DNA of 64,000 bases from Macrostomum lignano. Taxonomy: Eukaryota. The position numbers were made by a program, and so were the translations under genes. The notes under the pieces were generated by a model. That model was not told the origin of the DNA. It ran no database searches and saw only the letters and a program-made list of their open reading frames with translations. Shown here one piece after another: positions 13,010 through 25,300 of this stretch. Positions within the stretch are counted from its first letter, which is position 1; every line of letters begins with the position of its first letter. The stretch lies in assembly GCA_002269645.1 (NCBI GenBank), contig NIVC01001935.1, positions 124,001 to 188,000 of the forward strand. The letters are read 5' to 3'.

Positions 13010-13380
13010 TGCAGGGCCAGCCTCCCAGATCCTCAGTTGCTGGGCCAGCCTCCCAGATCCTCAGTTGCTGGCCAGCCTCCCAGATCCTCAGTTGCTGGGC
13101 CAGCCTCCCAGATCCTCAGTTGCTGCGCCAGCATCCCACATCCTCAGTTGCTGGGCCAGCCTCCCAAATCCTCAGTTGCTGGGATAGCCACCCAGATCCC
13201 CAGTTGCTGGGTTAGCCACCCAGATCCCCAGTTGCTAGGCCAGCCTCCCAGATCCCCAGTTGCTAGGCCAGCCTCCCAGGTCCCCAGTTGCTGGGCCAGC
13301 CTCCCAGGTCCCCAGTTGCTGGGCCACTTCCAGATCCCCAGTTGCTAGGCCAGCCTCCCAGGTCCCCAGTTGCTGGGCAG
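13010..13380. repeat. 28-bp minisatellite (TGCTGGGCCAGCCTCCCAGATCCTCAGT)
   Basis: About 13 degenerate units. Confidence 0.92.
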
Positions 13381-14344
13381 CATACTTACGGAGTGCACAA
13401 AAAGCAAGCTGTCTGCAGAAATGAAGACTTGAGGCAGAATCGGCAGGAGCTTTGTATCCTCCCGGAATCGGTCTGTTGTTAATCAAGCCTTGGCTTTATT
13501 TAAAAATTGAAAGTGTCAGTGGCTGAGCGAGAGGCGGAGATAGCGGGGCTTGGAGGGGGCGTGTTGCTGCGTTGCTGGGCTGTGCGAACGCTGTTTTTTA
13601 TCAAATGGTTGGCCCCGCTCTGCTCCATTGAGCACTCTGACTCCCCTCTTTGTCTCTCCACTGCCTCGCGGTGCAAACGCATTGGCTGCGTGCTAGCTGG
13701 GCTGAGTCCAACGGGGAGTGGGGCGGCTGCTCGGAGCAGCTCTCGATCTGCAGGGTCGCCATTGGCTGGCGACGTAGCCTTCTCTTGGCTCTCGCTGCCC
13801 TCCCCCCTTGCTGGCGAAATCAGCGCGTGGGGGTGGGTGGCGGCCCCCGAGCTGCTCGCAACTGCCGAGCTTTATTAGGCCGTAAGCGAGGAGAGTCACA
13901 ATGCACTGGGGCAATGGGCCAGCTCAGTAAAGTGACTCAACCACTGGAGTAAGGAAAGAAAGTACTCAGGCTTGGTGGCAGGCGTGCAGCCTGTGCTGCA
14001 CTGTCGGTCCTCCCGAGTCTGGCAATGCAGCTCCAACTTCGCAGAAATGCGAGCATGAATGGCACGGCTTGGCGCAAGAAATGCAGTCCAAATTTTGCAG
14101 GCCAGCGAATAAGTGTGGAGAACTGCATATTGTCAGGTCTGCTTTTTTAAAAGCAGAGATTGTTACTCCTTGTGGCACGAATTCTTGCTAATTGACTTAA
14201 AGGTTAGTAATTAGGGCTGTGAAAACAACAGGATAGATGCATGATAGGGTGGCACTGCAATACAGTGACAAAATGCAGCTCAGCATCCTTGCTGTCCTTG
14301 CCCACGAGTTCAGTAATTAGATTAATTTCCCGGATTATTGATTT

Positions 14345-14615
14345 TTATTGTTTTGGTGAGGTGGTGGCAGTCAGTTTTATTGATCTGGTGAGGTGGTGGC
14401 AGTCAGTTTTATTGATCTGGTGAGGTGGTGGCAGTCAGTTTTATTGATTTGGTGAGGTGGTGGCCGCCAGTATAATTGATTTGGTGAAGTGGTGGCAGTC
14501 AGTTTTATTGATTTGGTGAGGTGGTGGCCGCCAGTTTTATTGATTTGGTGAGGTGGTGGCCGCCAGTTTTATTGATTTGGTGAGGTGGTGGCAGTCAGTT
14601 TTATTGATCGAGTGA
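14345..14615. repeat. 32-bp minisatellite (GGTGAGGTGGTGGCAGTCAGTTTTATTGATTT)
   Basis: About 8 units. Confidence 0.92.
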
Positions 14616-15389
14616 GGTGGAAGCCACGTGGGCTAGTGCCAACTTGTATTCATATATTGACCACTGTTGATTGCACAAAAGCTTGAAAACATGAAATTCG
14701 TGAATGGAAATGCAGAGCAAGGGCTGCTCCGCCGATTCTCTGTTTGCAGCCAGATCTGCGTATGTATTTTGCCTGTCACTCCTTCTCTTCGTGTTGAGGT
14801 GAATTTGGGGGGAAGGGTTGCAAACTGAAATGAGTGACGGGCTGACCTGACCCAGCTGTGCGCTCCCCGACTCATTCTAAACTGGTCTCTGAGCCACTCG
14901 AAGTGCAAACTCGGGCCTGCTTGGGTCTTACTGCATTGCTTTCACTGCCTACAGCTCGCATGCCATGAGCGCAGGCCACTCAGTGAGAGACCCGGGTGAA
15001 TGGCGAAAGATAAGTAGCTCCACAGGCTCTCCTCTGCCTCCACCTTGCACAGCTCAGGCCGCAGGCCTAGGCCAAGCAAAGAAAGGGGCGCGCATAAAAA
15101 ATAAAGGCTTGAGCCCCGCAGCGGAAATCGCTCCGTGCCGTACGCAGGCGCGGACTGACTGACACTCGCAGGACCAGATAAGCCAGCCGCGGCCGCCCAG
15201 GCCGGAGGCGTTGAGGACCTGCCCGTCCGTCTGTTTTTCTGCTGTCAACAGAATTGTAGAGTTTGCGCCTCAGAGGTGACTCTGAATTGCTCAGGCCGTG
15301 TGGCGGGCTGGGTGCTCAAACAAACGGCAGGCTGCTGTGCTGGGGCCACTCACTTTCACCTTCCTGCGCTCAGCAGCTTACAGTTATAA

Positions 15390-15560
<171 letters not shown>

Positions 15561-16139
15561 TCATTATCCCCCCCCCACGAAGCCGCAGCTCAAGACGACA
15601 ATCTTGGGAAAACATTTCCTGCTATCGCTCAAAATGGACTCGGGGAGGGGGGGGGGCAGACAACCACAGGAATCGCAGTCGAGAGCAGGCTGGAATCGCA
15701 TGAAATGGTGACAGTTCCCGATAAGGCAGCCTTGGAGTCTATATTAAAAGAGTTAAAAAAATTGTAAACAAAACTATCAGAACGCTAGCAATGCGGTCTC
15801 ATCGGAAGATGGCGAAGGGTGCGTTGCCTTGAATTCTATGCAGTGTTAATTTAGCAGAACTAACAGGCTTATGGTTTGTGTTAGAGATGAGGGCCAGAAG
15901 CTCCTCCCCTCTAGTATTGGTGTCTTTGCTGCCCCAATGCTTGTGATGTGCGTTGAGGTCGCCCCCTAAGCACAGCTCAGCGTTCTGGGACTCGCAGTAC
16001 TGCGCAAGACGCAGTAGACTCTCAGGTGCAGGGTCTCTGTCGCCTGAAATATAAATCGAAGATACGAGACACGTCCGCGGAGAGAAATGATTAGATTGGA
16101 TGACACAGAGGTCTCCATCTGAAAGATCAGTCCTCAGCC

Positions 16140-16194
16140 AATACTACTACTACTACTACTACTGCTACTACTACTACTACTACTACTACTACTG

Positions 16195-16240
<46 letters not shown>

Positions 16241-16333
16241 AACTACTACTTCTACTACTACCGATACTACTACTACTACTGCTACTACTACTACTACTAC
16301 TACTACTACAACAACTACTTCTACTACTACCGA

Positions 16334-16376
<43 letters not shown>

Positions 16377-16401
16377 GCTACTACTACTACTACTACTACT
16401 G

Positions 16402-16483
<82 letters not shown>

Positions 16484-16680
16484 TACTACCGATACTACTA
16501 CTACTACTGCTACTACTACTACTACAGCTACTACTACTACTACTACTACTGGTACTACTACTACTACTACTGGTACTACTACTACTACTACTACTGGTAC
16601 TACTACTACTACTGCTACTACTACTACTAATACTACTACTACTACTACTGTTACTACTACTGCTACTACTACTACTACAG

Positions 16681-16739
<59 letters not shown>

Positions 16740-16890
16740 GCTACTACTACTACTGCTACTACTACTACTACTGCTACTACTACTACTGCTTCTACTACTA
16801 CTACTACTACTATTACTACTACTACTACTACTGCTACTACTACTACTGCTACTACTGCTACTGCTACTACTACTACTACTACTAGCTTTA
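16140..16890. repeat. (TAC)n microsatellite, ~750 bp
   Basis: Direct reading, with TGC/TTC/AAC interruptions. Confidence 0.98.
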
Positions 16891-17984
16891 CTTCTACAAG
16901 TACTACTAGTAACTGATCTATAGGCCACACCTGCACTGCTGTAGTGCATTCTGGCCATTAGTTATTTCAAATAAAAAACTGTGACCTTCATGCAACCAAA
17001 TACAATAAGCAAAACGGCAAGGCTGTCACAAGTTGAGTTCCACCTGAGCTGTTTACAAGCACCTGTCTGGCCTGGAAAAGCAGCAGATGCTGATCCAGGC
17101 CCTGGCAGCAGCAACTCAAGCTGCCCGCTGTTGCGTTCGCGCAGACAGTTCAATAAGATGAATGCAACGGTCACGTGATCTGCTGGGTGCAAATGCAGTC
17201 AGACAATGTACAGATGCTGAGCAGCAGCTTCATCTTTCTACAACCGTCTATTCCTTTTGCTGCTCGGAAGAGGCAACAGGCAGAGCGCATGCAGGCCCAG
17301 AACGCCAGCACTTCTCCTTCTGCCCCGAGCTGAATTTCCAGCCCATTAACGCTAATGCTTCTATTTTTCTATTATTTTTCTTTAGCAAAGCTTCGAGTCG
17401 GATAAACAAGAGCTGCTTGGCAAAATACACACAGCAGATGCTTCTAGCCGCGCACTCTGACTGCCAGACCTCACTGCTCAGTTTCTGAGCAGCTCAGCTC
17501 ATCTGAGAAAGCAAAGGCTCTTAAGCGGAAAATTTAACTTTCCTCCTTCAATGAAACAAAAGACGTTTAATACGATTAACGATTTATTGCCAAGGCGAAA
17601 TTAATATCACTGACTTGCGCAGAAAAAGCACGGAATCGAGAGAAACAGCAATGCTATATTAGAAAATTGAAGCCACAAGTTCAGTTAGTGCAACTCGGCT
17701 CAACTGCGTGTAGTTTGAGGCAAACTCTAAACGCAAATATGCTAATGTTAGCACGACATGTAGCCAAGGAGAATTATGATAGACAAATTATATGTACTGG
17801 CCATCTACAAGACAATGTGGGTCGGTGATAGAAATCTCCACTGTCCAACTACTATTGGCTACTCGCATCATTGTACGCTTTTAGCAGCGACACCCGACTA
17901 ACAGCAACTTAATGCACGCGATGCAACTAGAGAACAGGCTAAAAAAACAGCCAAATTATAAAAACAACCCCCTCTCTACCTGCT

Positions 17985-18600
17985 TCCATGACTAACCACC
18001 CCTCTTCCTGACTTTTGTATACACCTCCTCTCTCCCTGCCCCCATGATCAACCACCCCACTCCTTGCCCCTCATAGCCACCCCCTCTCCCCCTGCCCCAA
18101 TGGCCAACTACCCCACTCCCTGCCCCTCATAGCCACCCCCTCTCACCCTGCCCCAATGGCCAACTACCCCACTCCCTGCCCCTCATAGCCACCCCTCTCA
18201 CCCTGCCCCAATGGCCAACCACCCCACTCCCTGCCCCTCATAGCCACCCCCTCTCACCCTGCCCCATGGCCAACCACCCCACTCCCTGCCTCTCATGGCC
18301 ACCCCCTCTCTCCATGCCCCTATTGACAACCACCAGAATTCCTGACTTTCATAGCCACCCCTCTCTCCCTGCCTCCATGGCCAAGCACCCCTCTCCCTGG
18401 CTTTCATAGCCACCCCTCTCTCCCTGCTCCCATGGCCAACCACCAGACTCCCTGACTTTCATGGCCACCCCCTCTTTCCCTGCCCCTCATAGCCAACTTG
18501 AACCTTCCTGCCTGCTGCCCTGCCGCTTCTCTTCCTGCCCATGGACAACTGCCCCCACTCCCAGCCCCACATAGCCAACCACCTCAATCCAGACCCAATA
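17985..18600. repeat. ~55-bp C-rich minisatellite
   Basis: CATAGCCACCCC recurs at 18072, 18128, 18184 and 18239. Confidence 0.88.
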
Positions 18601-19378
18601 GATTCTTACCATTGATTCTTAATCAGCAAATCAAGAAACACACGAACACAAAAAATTACATTCTCTAAAATAATTTCGCATTATAGTAGATACACTACAA
18701 ACGTTATCATGTGAAGAAAAAACGGAATTAATACAGCTAAATTCATTCAACTTAAATCATTTATGCCTTTTACTTTGTAATAAAATCATCACGAATAAAA
18801 TTGCTTTGGCCTAATAAGAAGGTCTATTTACGCAATACATAGCACATGAAATTTAAACGGACGCAAGATACGGGTCCATTATAGAAAAATATGAAAATTT
18901 TATGAAGAAACAAAAGTAATACCAATTCAAAACGCTTTATATGGCCTCGTACGCTTCATCTCCGTTGCATGCCAAAAATAAAAAGCTGTTAATGCTTGTT
19001 TGCAATATCTTATCTATCTTCTGAATTGCAGTCCATGCACCTTATCCATATCTTGGCGTTTCTAGAAATTTTTTATTGGTGTTGAAGAACATAGTGAAAA
19101 AGTATTCATTTGCCGAGAGAAAACCGCACTGTTCAGTAATAAAACACACTTTTTTGTTAGACTGTTAGACCATGTCAAGGGGGGTCAGCTGACCTCATTC
19201 AGGGGTTAATTGACCCTGTCGAGTGGGGTCACTTGACCTCATCAAAAAGGGGTTCATTTGACTTAACGAATGAATTAAGGGAGCAGTCAGCTTACAGACA
19301 CCATGAGCAGCAGAATGCAGAGCGGCAGCGCAGTTTCAGATGATCAGACGATCCACAATGACTCAGCCGGGCACCGCT

Positions 19379-22300
19379 TCAGGCGTTCGGCTCGCTGATC
19401 TGTTGCATGAAGATTTGAAAACGGCCCGGATGGCGGAGATCCGGGCTGGTGTGAAGGCAGAAGCGGGACTCGAACTCCATCTGACCCACGCACTGCGGGG
19501 CGATTGCGGTCTTGACAGGTTTCTTGTCTCAGGGCGTCACCTGTGTGCCTGTCTCAGGGCCTCACCTGTGCCTGTCTCAGGGCCTCACCTGTGCCTGTCT
19601 CAGGGCCTCACCTGTGCCTGTCTCAAGGCCTCTCCTGTGCCTGTCTCAGGGCCTCGCCTGTGCCTGTCTCAGGGCCTCACCTGTGCCTGTCTCAGGGCCT
19701 CACCTGTGCCTGTCTCAGGGCCTCACCTGTGCCTGTCTCAGGGCCTCACCTGTGCCTGTCTCAGGGCCTCACCTGTGCCTGTCTCAATGGTTCACCTGTG
19801 CCTGTCTCAAGGCCTCACCTGTGCCTGTCTCAGGGCCTCACCTGTGCCTGTCTCAGGGCCTCACCTGTGCCTGTCTCAGAGCCTCACCTGTGCCTGTCTC
19901 AGGGCCTCACCTGTGCCTGTCTCAGAGCCTCACCTGTGCCTGTCTCAGAGCCTCACCTGTGCCTGTCTCAATGGTTCACCTGTGCCTGTCTCAGGGCCTC
20001 ACCTGTGCCTGTCTCAGGGCCTCACCTGTGCCTGTCTCAGGGCCTCACCTGTGCCTGTCTCAGGGCCTCACCTGTGCCTGTCTCAGGGCCTCACCTGTGC
20101 CTGTCTCAGGGCCTCACCTGTGCCTGTCTCAAGGCCTCACCTGTGCCTGTCTCAGGGCCTCACCTGTGCCTGTCTCAGAGCCTCACCTGTGCCTGTCTCA
20201 GAGCCTCACCTGTGCCTGTCTCAGGGCCTCACCTGTGCCTGTCTCAGAGCCTCACCTGTGCCTGTCTCAGGGCCTCACCTGTGCCTGTCTCAGGGCCTCA
20301 CCTGTGCCTGTCTCAAGGCCTCACCTGTGCCTGTCTCAGGGCCTCACCTGTGCCTGTCTCAGGGCCTCACCTGTGCCTGTCTCAGAGCCTCACCTGTGCC
20401 TGTCTCAGGGCCTCACCTGTGCCTGTCTCAGAGCCTCACCTGTGCCTGTCTCAGAGCCTCACCTGTGCCTGTCTCAATGGTTCACCTGTGCCTGTCTCAG
20501 GGCCTCACCTGTGCCTGTCTCAGGGCCTCACCTGTGCCTGTCTCAGAGCCTCACCTGTGCCTGTCTCAAGGCCTCACCTGTGCCTGTCTCAGGGCCTCAC
20601 CTGTGCCTGTCTCAGGGCCTCACCTGTGCCTGTCTCAAGGCCTCACCTGTGCCTGTCTCAGGGCCTCACCTGTGCCTGTCTCAGGGCCTCACCTGTGCCT
20701 GTCTCAGGGCCTCACCTGTGCCTGTCTCAGGGCCTCACCTGTGCCTGTCTCAATGGTTCACCTGTGCCTGTCTCAATGGTTCACCTGTGCCTGTCTCAAG
20801 GCCTCTCATGTGCCTGTCTCAAGGCCTTTTCTGTGCCTGTCTCAATGCCTCATTTGTGCCTGTCTCAGGGCCTCACTTGTGCCTGTCTTAAGTTATCACC
20901 TGTGCCTGTCTTAAAGCCTTACCTGTTCCAACCCGCTAATGTTTCCCGTCACGTGCTGCAATCAGCTGGTTGATGCTACTCAAGTTAGATACTACTAGCA
21001 AAAGTAGCAAGGCTTGAAAATGTAGCAGGTAACAAATGTGACAAATATAATTGGATTTTTGAGCTTGTTGGTAATTAAAACACTTAAACATTTGCAGCCA
21101 GAGGGTCTTGAATTTGCACACTGGGCAGCTCAAGATGAATGCACTGAGACTGGCAGCTTTCTATTCAAGTAAGCGCTGTGCCAATGCTGTTTAAGAGGCC
21201 ATTAAATTCCCGCCAGCTGTACAGCAGCGCAGCAGGCCGTTGCTGAGCACTCACCTCATCAGTGATGCTCACGGGAATTCCGCCAGGGCCGTGCAGCAAA
21301 ACCTGCGAGATTTTGTCCGAATCCAACTGGAACAGGCCGGACACCTTGGAGCAGAGCTCCGCCTGCGACAGCTGCGCCAGGTACACCGGGTGGAACACTG
21401 CAATATTGGGTCAGGGGTCATTGGGTACACCGGGTGGAACACTGCAATATTGGGTCAGGGGTCATTGGGTACACCGGGTGGAACACTGCAATATTGGGTC
21501 AGGGGTCATTGGGTACACCGGGTGGAACACTGCAATATTGGGTCAGGGGTCATTGGGTACACCGGGTGGAACACTGCAATATTGGGTCAGGGGTCATTGG
21601 GTACACCGGGTGGAACACTGCAATATTGGGTCAGGGGTCATTGGGTACACCGGGTGGAACACTGCAATATTGGGTCAGGGGTCATTGGGTACACCGGGTG
21701 GAACACTGCAATATTGGGTCAGGGGTCATTGGGTACACCGGGTGGAACACTGCAATATTGGGTCAGGGGTCATTGGGTACACCGGGTGGAACACTGCAAT
21801 ATTGGGTCAGGGGTCATAGGGTCACTGGGTCATAGGGTCACTGGGTCATAGGGTCACTGGGTCATAGGGTCACTGGATCATAGGGTCACTGGGTCATAGG
21901 GTCACTGGGTCATAGGGTCACTGGGTCATAGGGTCACTGGGTCATAGGGTCACTGGGTCATAGGGTCACTGGGTCATAGGGTCACTGGGTCATAGGGTCA
22001 CTGGGTCATAGGGTCACTGGGTCATAGGGTCACTGGGTCATAGGGTCACTGGGTCATAGGGTCACTGGGTCATAGGGTCACTGGGTCATAGGGTCACTGG
22101 GTCATAGGGTCACTGGGTCATAGGGTCACTGGGTCATAGGGTCACTGGTTCATAGGGTCACTGGGTCATAGGGTCACTGGGTCATAGGGTCACTGGGTCA
22201 TAGGGTCACTGGGTCATAGGGTCACTGGGTCATAGGGTCACTGGGTCATAGGGTCACTGGGTCATAGGGTCACTGGGTCATAGGGTCACTGGGTCATAGG

Positions 22301-25300
22301 GTCACTGGGTCATAGGGTCACTGGGTCATAGGGTCACTGGGTCATAGGGTCACTGGGTCATAGGGTCACTGGGTCATAGGGTCACTGGGTCATTGGGTCA
22401 TAGGGTCACTGGGTCATAGGGTCACTGGGTCATAGGGTCACTGGGTCATAGGGTCACTGGGTCATAGGGTCACTGGGTCATAGGGTCACTGGGTCATGGT
22501 TCATTGTTCCCATGGTTATTGGAGCAACTGATCATCATGAAGCACATCAGATGAAGCACAGGAGTGTCTGTCCACTTGAGCCATTGGGGTGCACACTTCA
22601 GGCACTTCAGGCACTTCAGGTCATATGCTAGCTCATAGGAACATGAAGCATGAAGGGTCCCGCACCGCTCTCGCTCTCCTGGCTAACGTAGATCAGCAGC
22701 CGCGGCCGCTGCCTATTTCGGCCGGTCAGGCAGTTGGCCAAGCGAATGCCTTCAACCCGGCCGCACAACTCGGCCAGGTCGGCCCGGTTCAGCCGCAGCA
22801 GGTCGGTTCCGCCGAAGCCGGCCAGCCTGCCGATGAGTTCCGGCTGGAACCGGTGCCGCTGCAGCCAGTCCGCCACTTGGCGAGGCGAAGTCGACGGCGA
22901 GATTGACAGCGGCTGTGGCCTCGCCGAGGCGTCGGTGGTCGAAGGCGGAAACGGCGGATGCGGAGGCGGTGAGTGCGCGGACAGCGGGCTGCCTGTTGAG
23001 GCGCCGGAGCTGAAGGAGCCCGCCGGCTGCTGCTGTGGCTGCTGGCTGCGAAGGAGGGAGAGAGCAGGGTAATGGTCGAGTCATTGGCAGGTAAAACCGG
23101 TTAGTGGCGACTGAACGATGCGTCCAAGAAGTGATGTAAACCCCAGTCCAAGGAGTGACGGAAATTCCAGTCCAGGGAGTGACGGAAACCCCAGTCCAAG
23201 GAGTGACGGAAATTCCAGTCCAGGGAGTGACGGAAACCCCAGTCCAAGGAGTGACGGAAATTCCAGTCCAGGGAGTGACGGAAATCCCAGTCCAAGAAGT
23301 GACGGAAACCCCAGTCCAGAGAATGACGGAAATCCCAGTCTAAGGAGTGACCGAAAGCCCAGTCTGGGTTTTTTAAGGTTGGAAATCCAGTTGCAAATGG
23401 CTATTTTTGGTTGCCCATTGGCAACTAGCCAAATTCTCAAGGACAGACTAAGCACTGTATGACTGCAGGAATAAGACTGTCTGGGACTTGTTATTTGCAT
23501 TTTCATTTTTCGCAACTTAGTATTTGCCACAACTTAGATTCATATGCCACTTTTATTATACTTTACAAAATCATTTTTTGAAATTGGCAACTAGCACAGG
23601 GAAAATAAAGTTGCCAGATTGGCCTCTGATGCCAAAAATCCAGTTGCCAATGAGATTTTTAAGGGGCCAAAAACCCATATGGCCCAAAAAATAAACCCAG
23701 AGCCCAGTCTAAAGAGTGACAGAAATCCCAGTCTAAGGAGTGACGGAAATCCCAGTCTAAAGAGTGACGGAAATCCCAGTACAAGGAGTGACGGAAATCC
23801 CAGTCTAAAGAGTGACGGAAATCCCAGTCTAAAGAGTGACGGAAATCCCAGTCCAAGGAGTGATAGAAATTGATCCCAGTCAAATGAGTGTCCTAAATAG
23901 CACTTACGAGAACATCTCAGGCTCCGCAGGCGCCATCTGTGCAAGCGCGCTTCCCAACGAAGACTTGCCGAGAGCGCAGCAGTGGCTCGGCAGACTGCCG
24001 CAGCTGCTGGTGCTGTTGTGCCGGTGGGTCCTGCTGTCAGCCGCGGTCGTGACTGGCGGCGTCAGGGCAGTTGGCCGGAACAGGGTGACCGGCGCAGACG
24101 GCTGGTACTTGCTGCGCTCGGCGTCCGTGCGCCTTTCGAATTTCTTAAAATCCATCTTGTGCTTGCGGTCGGCGCCCTTCGGCTTGAACACCTGCGCGCC
24201 GGTCACGGGGGGGGGGCGGCGCTGCGACTCAGGGCAAGGCGGCTGGAGAAGGGAGCACAGGTGTGGGCCAAAGGAACGGAGGGTAGGGAATTGTGAGGAA
24301 GGGATGGGGAATTGTGAGGGAGGGATGGGGATTTGTGAGGGAGGGATGGGGAATTGTGAGGGAGGAATGGGGATTTGTGAGGGAGGGATGGGGAATTGTG
24401 AGGGAGGAATGGGGATTTGTGAGGGAGGGATGGGGAATTGTGAGGGAGGGATGGGGAATTGTGAGGGAGGGATGGGGAATTGTGAGGGAGGGATGGGGAT
24501 GTGAGGGAGGGATGGGGAATTGTGAGGAAGGGATGGGGAATTGTAAGGGAGGGATGGGGAATTGTGAGGGGCGGATGGGGAATTGTGAGGGAGGGATGGG
24601 GAATTGTGAGGGAGGAATGGGGATTTGTGAGGGAGGGATAGGGAATTGTGAGGGAGGAATGGGGATTTGTGAGGGAGGGTTGGGGAATTGTGAGGGGAAG
24701 TGGGAGGGGAAGTGGGGATGGGGAATTGTGAGGGAGGGATGGGGAATTGTGAGGGAGGGATGGGGAATTGTGAGGGAGGAATGGGGATTTGTGAGGGAGG
24801 GATGGGGAATTGTAAGGGAGGGATGGGGAATTGTGAGGGAGGAATGGGGAATTGTGAGGGAGGGATGGGGATTGTGAGGGAGGGATGGGGAATTATGAGG
24901 GGAAGTGGGAGGGGAAGTGGGGATGAGGAATTGTGAGGGAGGAATGGGGAATTCTGAGGGAGGAATGGGGATTTGTGAGGGAGGGATGGGGAATTGTGAG
25001 GGAGGGATGGGGAATTGTGAGGGAGGGATGGGGAATTGTGAGGGAGGGATGGGGAATTGTGAGGGGAAGTGGGAGGGGAAGTGGGGATGGGGAATTGTGA
25101 GGGAGGGATGGGGAATTGTGAGGGAGGGATGGGGAATTGTGAGGGAGGGATGGGGAATTGTGAGGGAGGGATGGGGAATTGTGAGGGAGGGATGGGGAAT
25201 TGTGAGGGAGGGATGGGGAATTGTGAGGGAGGGATGGGGAATTGTGATGGAGGGATGGGGAATTGTGATGGAGGGATGGGGAATTGTTAGGGGAAGTGGG

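Noticed and set aside
13500-13900. GC/CCAAT-rich patch as the SEMA5 promoter
   Set aside because: Plausible but not supportable without TSS data.
16100-16958. Poly-Tyr/Val/Ser ORFs
   Set aside because: Translations of the (TAC)n microsatellite.
18660-19150. AT-rich stretch resembling a transposase remnant
   Set aside because: No recognisable motif in any frame and many stops.
19520-22497. CRISPR-like regular repeats here and elsewhere
   Set aside because: Units are contiguous with no unique spacers, there are no cas genes, and the context is eukaryotic.
23093-23102. AAACCGGTT Grainyhead/CP2 site in the TFCP2 intron (autoregulation)
   Set aside because: An 8-mer is expected about once per window by chance; another copy lies in a SEMA5 exon near 7150.
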